Positions 1 through 12,148 of a DNA stretch of 64,000 bases are shown one piece after another. The notes beneath the pieces are model-generated. The model searched no databases and had not been told where the DNA came from. It saw only the letters and a program-made list of their open reading frames with translations. This DNA comes from the human T2T-CHM13v2.0 reference genome, Homo sapiens. The stretch lies in assembly GCF_009914755.1 (NCBI RefSeq), contig NC_060947.1. One strand, written 5' to 3'. How positions within the stretch are numbered: position 1 is the stretch's first letter; every line of letters starts with the position of its first letter. The position numbers and the translations under genes were made by a program.

Positions 1-1592
1 CATTTATAGATTCAATGCTATTCCTATTAAACTACCAATGACATTCTTCACAGAACTAGAAAAAGCTGTTTAAAAATTCATATGAAACCAAAAAAGAGCC
101 TGAATAGCTAAGGCGATCCTAAGCAAAAAGAACAAAGCTGGAGGCATCATACTACCCAACTTCAAATTATACTACAGGGCTACAGTAACCAAAACAGCAT
201 GGTACTGGTACAAAAACAGATATGTAGACCAATGGAACAGAATAGAGAGCTCAGAAATAAGGCTGCACACCTACAACTATGTGATATTCAATAAACCAGA
301 CAAAAACAAGCAATGGGGAAAGGACTCCCTATTTAATAAATGGTGCTGGGGTAGCTGGCTAGCCATATGCAGAAAATTGAAACTGGTCTCCTTCCTTATG
401 CCATATACAAATGTTAACTCAAGATGGATTAAAGGCTTAAATGTAAAACTCAACACTATAAAAATTGTGGAAGACAACCTAGGCAATACTATTATGGACA
501 TAGGAATGGGCAAAAATTTCATGATGACACCAAAAGCAATTGAAACAAAAGCAAAAGTTGGCAAATGGGATCTAATTAAACTAAAGAGCTCCTGCACAGC
601 AAAAGAAACTATCAACAGAGTAAACAGACAACCTACAGAATGAGAGAAAATTTTTGCAAACTATGCATCTGACAAAGGTCTAATATCAAGCATCTATAAG
701 GAATTAAAACAAATTTACAAGAAAAAAAAAACCCCTTAAAAAGTGGGCAAAGGACATGAACAACGCACTTTTCAAAAGAAGACATACATACAGTGAACAA
801 TCACATGAAAAAGCTCAAAATCACTGATTATTAGCTCAATGCAAATCAAAACCACAATGAGATGCCATCTCACCAGTCAGAGTGGCTATTAATAAAAAGT
901 TAAAAAAAAAAAAAACAACAGATGCTGGTGAGGTTGTGGAGAAAAAGGAATGCTTTTACATTGTTGGTGGGGGTGTAAATTAGTTGAACCATTGTGGAAG
1001 GCAGTGTGGCGATTCCTCAAAGATCTAGAGGCAGAAATACCATTTGACCCAGAAATTCCATTATTGGGTATATACCCAAAGGAATATAAATCATTCTACT
1101 AAATGTATCTAAAGACACATGCACGCATATGTTCATTGCAGCTCTATTCACAATAGCAAAGATATGGAATCAACCTAAATGCCCATCAATGATAGACTGG
1201 ATAAAGAAAATGTGGTACATATTCACCATGGAATACTACGTAGCCATAAAAAGGAATGACATATGTTCTTTGCAGGGACATGGATGGAGTTGGAGGCCAT
1301 TGTCCTTAGCAAATTAACGCAGGAACAGAAAACCAAATACCTCATGTTCTCACTTATAAGTGGGAGCTAAATGATAAAAACACATGGACACATGAGGGGG
1401 AACAACACACACTGGGGCCCATTAGAGGGCAGGAGCTGGGAGGAGGGAGAGGATCAGGAAGAATAACTAATGGGTACTAGGCTTAATACCTGGGTGACAA
1501 AATAATCTCTACAGCAAACCCCCATGATGCAAATTTACCTGTATAACAGACCAGCACATGTACCCCTGAACTTATAATAAAAGTTAAAAAAA
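1..1592 (+). mobile_element. L1PA (about L1PA11-13) 3' part: degenerate ORF2 C-terminus, 3'UTR and A-tail; runs off the window's left edge
   Basis: ORFs 281-643 ([22 protein letters not shown]) and 1129-1317 ([20 protein letters not shown]) are ORF2p RT/C-terminal motifs. The 3'UTR ends aataaaagttaaaaaaa at ~1576-1592. Confidence 0.95.
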
Positions 1593-2167
1593 GACTGTTG
1601 TTTAACTTCCTTAACTTAATGAGAACTTGTGGTTTCCTACTCCTAATTATACACTTATTTTGGGGAAGAGGAGAGTATATAAAATGAAAACCATTAAATC
1701 AAGTATAACCAAGAATTATCACTTTAGATATTATCATAATCTGGAATGAGTTGTCCTTTTCGGAAACACTTACTGCAACTCAAACAAGGCTGAATGGGGA
1801 AATACTGAATGGGGAAAGATAAACTACTGGGATCAAGGGATGTATACTCTATGAGTACATGACAGCAAATTTGAGACTATTGTGAATTTGAGACTTTGTT
1901 TTCCTACTTGGTAAAATAATTTAAAGTACAGGAGACTCTTGATATTCATGAAGGATGTGTCTGGAGACCCTCTCACTTCCCTAATACATGACTACCTCTT
2001 AAGCATGGAATTTCTGTGTGTGGCTATTATGTGCAAGGTTTTGTGCTGGATATTATGTGGGGTATCAGGATGAGAAAGGTAATTTCTCTGTTGCCTTGAA
2101 CTTGGGGCTAGTAGAGAGGGACATGCAAATATGTTACATATTGAAGAAGTGATTAATATGTGATGGT

Positions 2168-2459
2168 TATTATTATTGAGACACAGTCTCACTCTGTTGC
2201 CCAGGCTGGGATGCAGTGGCGTGATCGTGGCTCACTGCAACCTCCACCTCCAGATTTCAAGTGATTCTCGTGCCTCAGCCACCAGAGTAGCTGGGATTAC
2301 AGGCGCATGCCATGATGCTCAGCTAATTTTTGTGCTTTTTGTAGAGACGGAGTTTCGCCATGTTGGTCAGGCTGGTCTCAAACTCCTGGCCTCAAATGAT
2401 CTGCCTGCCTTGGCCTCCCAAAGTGATGGGATTACAGGTGTGAGCCACTGTGCCTGGCC
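2168..2459 (-). mobile_element. Alu (AluS/J type), full length
   Basis: Reverse complement of the Alu consensus (gagacacagtctcactctgttgcccaggctgg...gagccactgtgcctggcc), with a (tta)n tail remnant. Confidence 0.95.
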
Positions 2460-2519
2460 TGGGATTTAATTTAATAATCAGAAATTCAGGTATAATACAT
2501 GCATATATGTTCTTATTTT

Positions 2520-3660
2520 TGATTTTTTGATTTTTTCTTTTTTTTTTAATTGAGGCATGACTTATGTACAGTGGCATACACAATTCTTAAGTAGACAGCT
2601 CAGTGAATTTTTACATGTATGGATACCCATGAACTTACCCCTCAGATCAAGAATATTTCCAGCATCCCAGAAGATTCCTTCCTGCCCCTTCCTAGTACTA
2701 CTCTTCCCCTGCCAAGTAACCATTATTTTAACTTCTATCACCATAAACTAGTTTGCCTGCGCTAGAACTTGATGCAAATGGAATCATACATTTTTATGTA
2801 TGATTACTCACCATTATTCATTTATGTTGTTGGGGGTAGAAGAAGTTTGTTCTTTTCCATTTCTGTGCAGTATTCCATTGCATGACATTTGGGTACTTTC
2901 AATTTTTGGCTGTTATGACTAGCACTGCCATGAATATTCTTGAACATATCTTTTGATAGACATAAGCACTCATTTCTGTTATCTATATACCTAGGAATAA
3001 AATTGCTGGGTTGTAAGCAAATATATGCATAGTGGATACTGCCAGTTTTTTTCAAAAAAGCTGAACCAAGATACACTCCTGCCAGCCATATAGGATAGTT
3101 CTAATTGTCCTACATCCTCTTTAATCCTTAGTAATGTTGGTAGCAGTGCTGTTCCTTGTAGACATTATAGTAACTGTGAGGTGGTATCTCATTGAGGTTA
3201 CACTTTGAATTCCCCTGATGGCTGGTGATGTTGAGCATGTTGCATATACTTCTTGATTATTTGATTGTCTTCTTTTACCAAATTTAAAGATTTTATCAAA
3301 TCTTTTGCCCATTAAAATAATTTCCTCTGTTTTATGGATTTATATTTCTTTATAAATTTTGGACATAACTTCTTTCTCGGATGTGTGTATTGTGAGTGTT
3401 TTCTCCCAGTCTGTGACTTGCCTTTTCACACTCTATATGTTGGTTTTTTGATGAACAGAAATTCTTAACTTTTTAAAAGTCTAATTTATCAATCTTTTCT
3501 TTTATAGTTAATGCTTCTGATGTCCTGCTTAAGAAGTCTTTGCTTACCCTAAAGTTATGAAGATATTCTGCTCTATTTTCTTCCAAAAGATTTGATTTCT
3601 CTTTCATATGTAAGTCCTTATTCTGTCTCAGATTAAAATGTGTATGGTATGAGGTTAGAT
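2520..3660 (-). mobile_element. Old L1M (L1MC/ME-like) 3' fragment
   Basis: T-tract at 2520-2548 followed by degenerate L1 3'UTR and ORF2 C-terminal sequence (ORF 3121-3312 contains MRYHLT). Confidence 0.75.
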
Positions 3661-6600
3661 ATAATCTCTTTTTACCTTTAGCACATTTTCTGTTTTCACT
3701 TGTTTTGTGATTCTCTTCTAATATAACACAAAAAGGAAATTTTACCTTCAGTCACATTATTGTTAAGACAGGGAAATATGGATGCAAAAGGACAAACATG
3801 TTTAGGCACATCTATACCTCTGCTGAAGCCATTTTGCAGCCAAATCTAGGCACAGATACACCTAGACAATTCACTTATTATTAAATTCCAGGATACATGT
3901 GCAGAATGTGCAGGTTTGCTACATAGGTAAACGTGTGCCATGGTGGTTTGCTGCACCTATCAATCCATCACCTGGGTGTTAAGCCCCTCATGCATTAGCT
4001 ATTTATCCTGATGTTCTCCCTCCCCGTGTTCTCTTGACAGGCCCCAGTGTGTGTTGTTCCTCTCCCTGTGTCCGTGTGGTCCCACTGTTCAGCTCCTACT
4101 TATAAGTTAGAACATGCAGTGTTTGGTTTTCTGTTCCTGTGTTAGTTTGCTGAGGATAATGGCTTCTAGCTCCATCCATGTCCCTGCAAAGGAAGTGATC
4201 TCATTCCTTTTTATGGCTGCGTAGTATTCCATGGTGTATATGTACAATATTTATTTATCCAGTCTATCACTGATGGGCATTTAGGTTGATTCCATGTCTT
4301 TGCTATTGAATGAATACATGAATATATGCACGCATGTATCTTTATAATAGAATGATTTATATTCCTTTGAATGTAAATCAGTAATGGGATTGCTGGGTCA
4401 AATGGTACTTTTGGTTCTAGGTCTTTGAGGAATCACCACACTGTCTTTCAGAGTGATTGAACTAATTTACACTCCCACCAACAGTGTAAAAGTGTTCCTA
4501 TTTCTCCATAGCCTTGCCAGCATCTGTTGTTTCTTGACTATTCAATAATGGCCACTCTGACTGATATGAGATGGTATCTTATTGTGGTTTTGATTTGCAT
4601 TTCTCTAATGATCAGTGATGTTGATCTTTTTTCATATGTTTGTTGACTGCATAAATGTCTTCTTTTGAGAAGTGTCTGTTCATGTCCTTTGCCCACTTTT
4701 TAATGGAGTTGTTTTTTTCTTGTAAATTTAAGTTCCTTATAGATTCTGGATATTAGCCCTTTGTCAGATGGATAGATTGCAAAAAATTTCTCCCATTCTG
4801 TAGGTTGTCTGTTCACTCTGATGATAGCTTCTTTTGCTGTGGAGAAGCTCTGTAGTTTAATTAGATCCCGTTTGTCAACTTTTGCTTTTGTTGCAATTGC
4901 TTTTGACATTTTCATCATGAAATCTTTGCCTGTGCCTATGTCCTGAATGGTATTGCCTAGATTTTCTTCTAGGGTTTTTATAGTTTTAGGTTTTACATTT
5001 AAGTCTTTAATCCATCTTGAATTAATTTTTGTATAAGGTGTAAGGAAGGGGTGCAGCTTCAATTTTCTGCATATAGCTAGCCAGTTCTCCCAGCACTATT
5101 TATTAAATAGGGAATCCTTTCCCCATTGCTTTTGTCAGGTTTGTTGAAGATCAAATGTGTAGATGTGTGGTCTTATTTCTGGGTTCTCTATTCTGTTCCA
5201 TTGGTCTATATGTCTGTTTTGGTACCAGTACCATGCTGTTTTGGTTACTGTGGCCTTGTAGTATAGTTTGAAGTCAAGTAGCATGATGCCTCCAGCTTTG
5301 TCCTTTTTGCTTAGGATTACTTTGGCTACTTGGGCTCTTTTTTGGTTCCATATGAACTTTAGTTTTTTTTCTAATTCTGTGAAGAATGTCAATAGTAGTT
5401 TAATGGGAATAGCATTGAATCTATAAATTACTTGGGGCAGTATGGCCATTTTCACGATATTGATTCTTCCTATTCATGAGCATGGAATGTTTATCCATTT
5501 GTTTGTGTTCTCTCTGATTTCCTTGAGCAGTGGTTTGTAGCTCTCCTTGAAGAGGTCCTTCGCTTTTCTTGTTAGCTGTATTCCTAAGGTATTTTATTAT
5601 CTTGGTAGCAATTGTGAATGAAAGTTAATTCAGGATTTGGCTCTCTGCTTGTCTATTGTTGGTGTATAGGAATGCTAGCAATTTTTGCACATTGATTTTG
5701 TATCCCGAGACTTTGATGAAGTTGTTTATCAGCTTAAGAAGCTTTTGGGCTGAGGCGATGGGGTTTTCTAGATATAGGAGCGTGTCATATGCAGAGATAG
5801 TTTATTTCTTCTCTTCCTATTTGAATACCCTTTATTTCTCTCCCTTGTCTGATTTTTCTGGCCAGAACTTCCAATACTTTGTTGACTAGAAATGGTGAGA
5901 GAGGGCATCCTTGTCTGGTGCTGATTTTCAAGGGGAATGTTTCCAGCTTTTGGCCTTCAGTATGATATTGGCTGTGGGTTTGTCATAAATGACTGTTATT
6001 ATTTTGAGGTATGTTCCATCAATGCCTGGTTTATTGAGAGTTTTTAACATGAAGGGATGTTGAATTTTATTGAATGCCTTTTCTATGTCTATTGAGATAA
6101 TCATGTGCTTTTTGTCTTTAGTTCTGTTTATGTGATGAATCATGTTTATTGATTCGCATATGTTGAACCAGCCTTGCACCCAGGGATGAAGCTGACTTGA
6201 TCATGGTGGATAAGCTTTTTCATGTGCTAATGGATTTGGTTTGCCAGTATTTTGTTGAGGATTTTTGCATCGATGTTCATCATGGATATTGGCCTGAAGT
6301 GGGTTTTGTTGTTGTTGTTGTTGTAGTATCTCTGCCAGGTTTTGGTTTCAGGATGATGCTGGCCTCATAAAATGAGTTAGGGAGGAGTCCCTCCTTTTCA
6401 ATTGTTTAGAATAGTTTCAGAAGAAATGGTATCAGCTCCTCTTTGTATTTCTGGTATAAATCAGCTGTAAATCCTTCTGTTCCTGGGCTTTTTTTGGTTG
6501 GTAGGGTATTTATTACTATCTCAATTTCAGAACTTGTTATTGATCTATTCAAGGATTTGACTTCTTTCTGGTTCAGTCTTGGGAAGGTGTGTGTGTCCAG

Positions 6601-7020
6601 GAATGTATCCATTTCTTCTATATTTTCTAGTTTATTTGCATAGAGGTGTTTATATTATTTTCTCATGGTTGGTTGTTTTATGTGGGGTCAGTGGTGACAT
6701 CCCCTTTATCTTTTTTATTGTATCTGTTTGATTCTTCTCTCTTTTCTTCTTTATTAGTCTAGCTAGTGGTCTATATATTTTATTATTATTATTTTTTTAA
6801 AAACCAGCTCCTGGACTCATTGGTTTTTTTGAAGGGTTTTTGTTGCATTTCTATTTCCTTCAGTTCAGCTCTGGTCTTGGTTATTTCTTGTCTTTCTGCT
6901 AGTTTTGGGGTTTGTTTGCTCTTAGTTCTCTAGTTCTTTTAGTTGTGATGTTAGGTTGTTAACTTGAGATCTTTCTAGCTTTTTGATGTGCGCATTTAGT
7001 GTTGTAAATTTCCCTCTTAA

Positions 7021-7151
7021 CCCATTTATGCCTAGTGTTCCATTATTGGAATGTTAAGCTTGTGGGCGTTATTTATATCCTACTGCTCAAGGCCATCATC
7101 AAGGTCTGGATTTTCACACACAAAAAATGGGCAACCTCTGGCATAAATGGG
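7021..7151 (+). mobile_element. MER85 piggyBac (PGBD3-derived) MITE inserted in L1 ORF2
   Basis: TTAA duplications at 7017-7020 and 7152-7155. Terminal inverted repeats (TIRs) cccatttatgcc (7021-7032) and ggcataaatggg (7140-7151). Internal palindrome gttccattattggaa at 7037-7051. Confidence 0.93.
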
Positions 7152-8383
7152 TTAACACTGCTTTAGCTGAGTCCCAGAGATTCTGGTGTGTTATATCTTT
7201 GTTCTCTTTAGTTGCAAATAACTTCTTGATTTCTGCCTTAATTTCATTATTTACCCAGAAGTCATTCAGGAATGGGTTGTACAATTTCCATGTACTTGTG
7301 TGGTTTTGAGTGAATTTCTTAATCTTGAGTTCTAAGTTGATTACACTGTCTTCTGAGAGACTGTTTGTTATAATTTCAGTTCTTTTGCATTTGCTGAGGA
7401 GTGTTTTACTTCCAATTATGTGATCGATTTTAGAGTAAGTGGCATGTGGCACTGAGAAGAATGTATATTCTGTTGTTTTGGCGTGCAGAGTTCTTTAGAT
7501 GTATATTGGATCCACTTGATCCAGAGCTGAGTTAAAGTCCTGAATATCTTTGTTAATTTTCTGTCTCAATGATTTTTCTAATATTGATAGTGGGGTATTA
7601 ATCTCCCACTATTATTATTTGGGAGTCTCAGTCTCTTTGTAGGTCTCTAACAACTTGTTTTATGAATCTGGGTGCTCCTGTATTGGGTGCGTATATATAT
7701 TTAGGATAGTTAGCTCTTCTTGTTTAACTGAAACCTTTATCATTATGTAATGCCCTTTTTTATCTTTTTTGATCTTTGTTGGTTTAAAGTCTGTTTTGTC
7801 AGAAACTAGGATCACAACCCTGATTTTTTTCTGCTTTCCATTTTCTTGGTACATTTTCCTCCATCTCTCCATTTTGAGACTATTTGTGTCTTTACACATG
7901 CAATGGGTCTCTTCAATACAGCACATTGATGGGTCTTGACCCTTTATCCAGTTTGCCATTCTGTGTCTTTTAATTGGGGCATTTAGCCCATTTGCATTTA
8001 AGGTTAATACTGTTATGTGTGAATTTGATCCTGTCAACATGAGGCTAGCTGGTTATTTTGTAGACTTGTAGATGTAGTTGCTTCATAGTGTCACTGGTCT
8101 TTGTATTTCATTGTCCTTTTGTAGTGACTGGTAACGGTTTTTGCTTTTCATATTTAGTGCTTCCTTCAGGAGCCCTTGCAAGGCAGGCCTGGTGGTGATG
8201 AACACCTTCAACATTGGCTTGTCTGAGAAGGGTCTTATTTCTCCTTCGCTTATGAAGGTTAGTTTGGCTAGATACGACATTCTGGGTTGGAAATTCTTTT
8301 CCTTAAGAATGTTGAATATTGGCCCCCAATCTTTCCTGGCTTGTAGGGTTTCTGCTGAGAGGTCTGAGGTTAGTCTAATGGGC

Positions 8384-8433
8384 TTGCCTTACTTTTAATG
8401 GCAAAAACTTCAATTTCTTTAGCATCAACCTAA
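8384..8433. mobile_element. MADE1 (Hsmar1 mariner MITE) remnant: spacer plus one TIR, inside L1 ORF1
   Basis: ttacttttaatggcaaaaac..caatt.cttt.gca.caacctaa followed by TA (8434-8435) matches the right half of the recalled MADE1 consensus. It interrupts the L1 motif gggcttccc...taggtgacctgg. Confidence 0.82.
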
Positions 8434-10838
8434 TAGGTGACCTGGCCTTTCTCTCTGGCTGCCCTTAACATTTTTTCCTTCATTTTAACCTTGGAAAATC
8501 TGATGATTATGTGTCTTGGGGTTGATCATCTCATGGAGTATCTTACTGGGGTTCTCTGGCTTTCCTGAAGTTGAATGTTGGCCTGTCTTGCCAGGTTGGG
8601 GAAGTTCTCCTGGATAATATCCTGAAGTATGTTTTCCAACTTGGTTCTATTCTCCCCATCTCTTTCAGGTACCCCAATCAATGATAGGTTCAGTCTTTTT
8701 ACATAATCCCATAGTTCTTGGAGGTTTTGTTGGTTCCTTTTCATTCTTTTTTCTCTAATCTTGTCTGTCTGTCTTATTTCAGCAAGATAGTCTTTGGGCT
8801 CTGAAATTCTTTACTCCATTTGGTCTATTCAGCTATTGATACTTGTGGTTACGTTGTGAAGTTCTCGTGTTGTGTTTTTCAGCTCCATCAGTTTATTTAT
8901 GTTCCTCTCTAAACTGTTTATTCTAGTTAACAGCTCCTGTAATGTTTTATCATGGTTATTAGCTTCTTTGCATTAGGTTAGAACATGCTCCTTTAGCTCA
9001 GCGAAGTTCGTTATTACCAACCTTCTGAAGCCTACTTCTGTCAATTCATTCATCTCAGCCTCAGCCCAGTTCTGTGCCCTTGCTGGGAAGGTGTTGCAAT
9101 CATTTGGAGGAGAAGAAGCACTCTGGCTTTTGGAGTTTTCAGTGTTTTTTCATTGATTGTTTCTCATCTTCATGCATTTATCTGGCTTTGATCTTTGAGG
9201 CTGCTGATCTTTGGATGGGGTTTTTCTGAGAACACTTCTGTTGATGATGTTGTTGTTGCTTTCTCTTTGTTTTTCTTTTAACAGTCAGGCCCCTCTTCCA
9301 TAGGGCTGCTGTGGTTTGCTAGGGGATCCACTCCAAACCCTATTTAGCTGGGTTCCTCTGGCACCTGAAGGTGTCACCAGTGGAGGCTGCAGAACACAGA
9401 ACAGCTAAGATGGCTGCCTGCCCCTTTTTCTGGAAGCTCTGTTCAAGAAGGGCACCAACCTGATGCCAATAGGAGTGCTCCTGTATAAGGTATCTGGTGA
9501 CCCCTGATGGGGGGGATAGTCACACCAAGTCAGGAGGCATGGGATCAGGGATCTGCTTAATGAAGCACTCTGTCTGCCCCTTGGTGGAATGGGTGCACTG
9601 CACTGGGGGGAATCCCACTAATTCAGACTGCCCAGATTTCTCAGAGTCAGCAGGGGGAAAGACTAAGTCCATGGATCCATGGAGACTATGGCCGCCCCTC
9701 CCCCCAGGGGCTCCATCCCAGGGAAATCAGAGTTCTGTCTGTAAACCCCTGGCTGGAGTGGCAATTCACTTTTAAAAGTGCAAATTGTTTTACCTCCTTG
9801 CCTGTCTATTCCTAACCTATTCTGCTCTCAGAGCAGGTAGCACTAGGTGGTCTAAGACTATGAAGATGAATATGTCTGCTATAGAAACTTCAATTCTTAG
9901 CTTATGAATAGTTTCTGCTGTGCAGGGCTTTTTAGTAGCCTATGTGGTATGTAAGGGGCTATATAAATGCAAATTTCATTTCACTTAGAAAGGAAATGAG
10001 CCACACTAAATGGACATGCGTACAACCCTGGAATTAAAAGGAGGGTGGATTCCTTCTGTCAGCAGGGCCAAAACAATATTCTGTGTCCAAATACATCTTT
10101 TTAGAAGTCTTAGCAGTTTAAAAGAACATAAAAGTTAGGACAGGAACAAAAACAGGATGAATTCTCTGTTCTGTTTTGTTGCTTTACCCTTCAATAGCTG
10201 TGAAGCAAAACTCACCATCTTGGTTTTCTCTAGTGATTTCTGATTCTGGATGACCACTGGGCCCAAATGAGATGCTTTTTGACCTAATTCTAATAATTAT
10301 TTCTAATAATGAGGGACAAATTGGCATGCCATTGTTACATAGAGTCCTTCTATTGCTCAACAATGAACAACTTAGGAGCAATGTTTCCTGAATCAAAGGG
10401 AGAGATCAAGCAAATTGTGTGGTTGTGTTGGCACTGGACACATGTATAAATGTTATATATTTCTTCTCAGTGGCAGAAATTCCTCATTGGCATAGCAGGA
10501 AAATCACATTGCTTTATCAAAATTAATAACTGAAAGATGGCATTGTTGAACATACATACCTTAGTTTCCTGAACTTTGGATTACACGAAAGAAATATGGG
10601 GTTCTGGCAAGATAGCTGACAGAACTACCCTCAAGCTAAAAACACAGAAATGAGTACTAAACTGAAATGAAAATAAAAAATTAAGTACTCAGCTGAGTTC
10701 AAAAGGAAAAATAGGATTAATTTTCAGTTGCCAGAAACAAAGAAGGAATGTAAATTCATAGTGGAGTTTTATGAGTGGAAGGTCAGAGGGAGTTGAAGGA
10801 AATCGACCAGATAAAGGCCTTAGGGGCATAGAAACTGA

Positions 10839-11362
10839 GGTAGATTAAAGATGGACATAAATTCCTTACCATTCTTTCCATCAAGAAGTAGAATTTTCAT
10901 TTGTAACTAAGCTGGCCTGTTATTTGCTTTGACCAATAAAATGAGACAGAAATGATGCTGTATAGTATTAAAGGTCATGACTCAAGGGATATGCAGCTAC
11001 TACTTTTCTCTCCTGAAATGCTCCTTCTTGGAATGTAGCTGCCATCCTGTGTGAAGCTCAAGCAAGCTGCATTGAGTGGTCATGTGGAGGAGCACTGATG
11101 CATCCTATACAAAAGCCCCAGCTGAATGCCCCAGCCAACAGTCAGCATCAACTGCCAGCTATATGAGGGAGCCATTTTGAATGTTTTATTTCTAGTAAAT
11201 CTTTCAAATAACTGCGGCCCAGCTCATACTTGCATGGAACAAAAGAATTGCCCAGCTGAGTTCAGTCAACCTACAGATGCATGACAGCTGATAAGTGGTT
11301 GTTTTTGTTTTAAGACAATAAGTTCCTGAGTAGTTTGTTACACAGCAACAGAAAACCAAAAC
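10839..11362 (+). mobile_element. MLT1-type (ERVL-MaLR) solo LTR
   Basis: Motifs tgctttgaccaataaaatg, ccagccaacagtcagcatcaactgccag and cccagctgag; end gtttgttacacagcaacagaaaaccaaaaca. Confidence 0.75.
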
Positions 11363-11407
11363 AGGGCCTGAGATTTTAATGCGCACACAATAACAGAATA
11401 CAGAATA

Positions 11408-11686
11408 AAGTTGTCCCTTAGTATCCATGACAGATTGGTTCCAGGACCACTTGCAGACATCAAATTCTAAGGGTGCTCAAGTCTCTTATATAACATTATG
11501 TAGTATTTGCATATAACCTATGCTCATCCTCCTTTATTGTTTAGGGAATAATGACAAGAAAACAAAGTCTGTAAATGTTCAGTGTGAATGCAACCGTTCT
11601 TTTTTTTTTTTTTTTTTTTGAATATTTTTGACTCAAGGTTGGTTGAATCTAAACATGTGAAACCCATGGATATCGAGGGCTGACTA
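11408..11686 (+). mobile_element. MER2 (TcMar-Tigger MITE), internally deleted
   Basis: Termini agttgtcccttagtatccatg and catggatatcgagggctgact with TA flanks; internal gattggttccaggacc and ttagggaataatgacaagaaa. Confidence 0.85.
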
Positions 11687-11784
11687 TATTTGGCTTTAGG
11701 CCCACAGAGTGCAGAGAGGGGACACTGGAACCAAGACCTCTGTATAAATCCAGGACATGGAAATGCTGTTCCTTGGTAAAAGAG

Positions 11785-12148
11785 TGATATGTTTTGGCTC
11801 TGTGTGTCCACCCAAATCTCATCTTGAATTGTAATCCCCAGGTGACAAGAGAGGGACCTGGTGGGAGGTGACTGGATCATGGGGGCAGTTTCCCCCATGT
11901 TATTCTCATGGTAGTGTGTGAGTTCTCACAAGGTCTGATGGTTTTATAAATGGCAATTTCCCCTGCACTTTCACTCTCTCTCTCACCTGCTGCCATGTAA
12001 TATGCGCCTGCTTCTCCTTCTGCCATGATTGTAAAGTTCCTGAGGCCTCCCCAGCCATGCAGAACTGTGAGTCAATTAAACCTATTTCCTTTATAAATTA
12101 CCTAGTCTCAGGTATTTCTTTATAGCAGTGTCAGAACAGACTATTACA
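11785..12148 (+). mobile_element. THE1 (THE1D-like) MaLR solo LTR
   Basis: tgatatgttttggctctgtg...cacccaaatctcatcttgaattgtaatcccc...gagtcaattaaacc...agactattaca (TG...CA termini). Confidence 0.9.

Larger units (their letters stand above)
3877..9761 (-). mobile_element. Near-full-length L1PA8-like element; 5'UTR truncated, ORF1 and ORF2 disrupted
   Basis: Minus-strand ORF2 fragments (7660-8040 MLTGSNSHITVLTLNANGLN endonuclease start; 5928-6179 RT) and ORF1 fragments (8526-8744). TSD caattcactt at 3867-3876 and 9762-9771; the right copy runs into the TTTT/AA endonuclease site. Confidence 0.95.
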
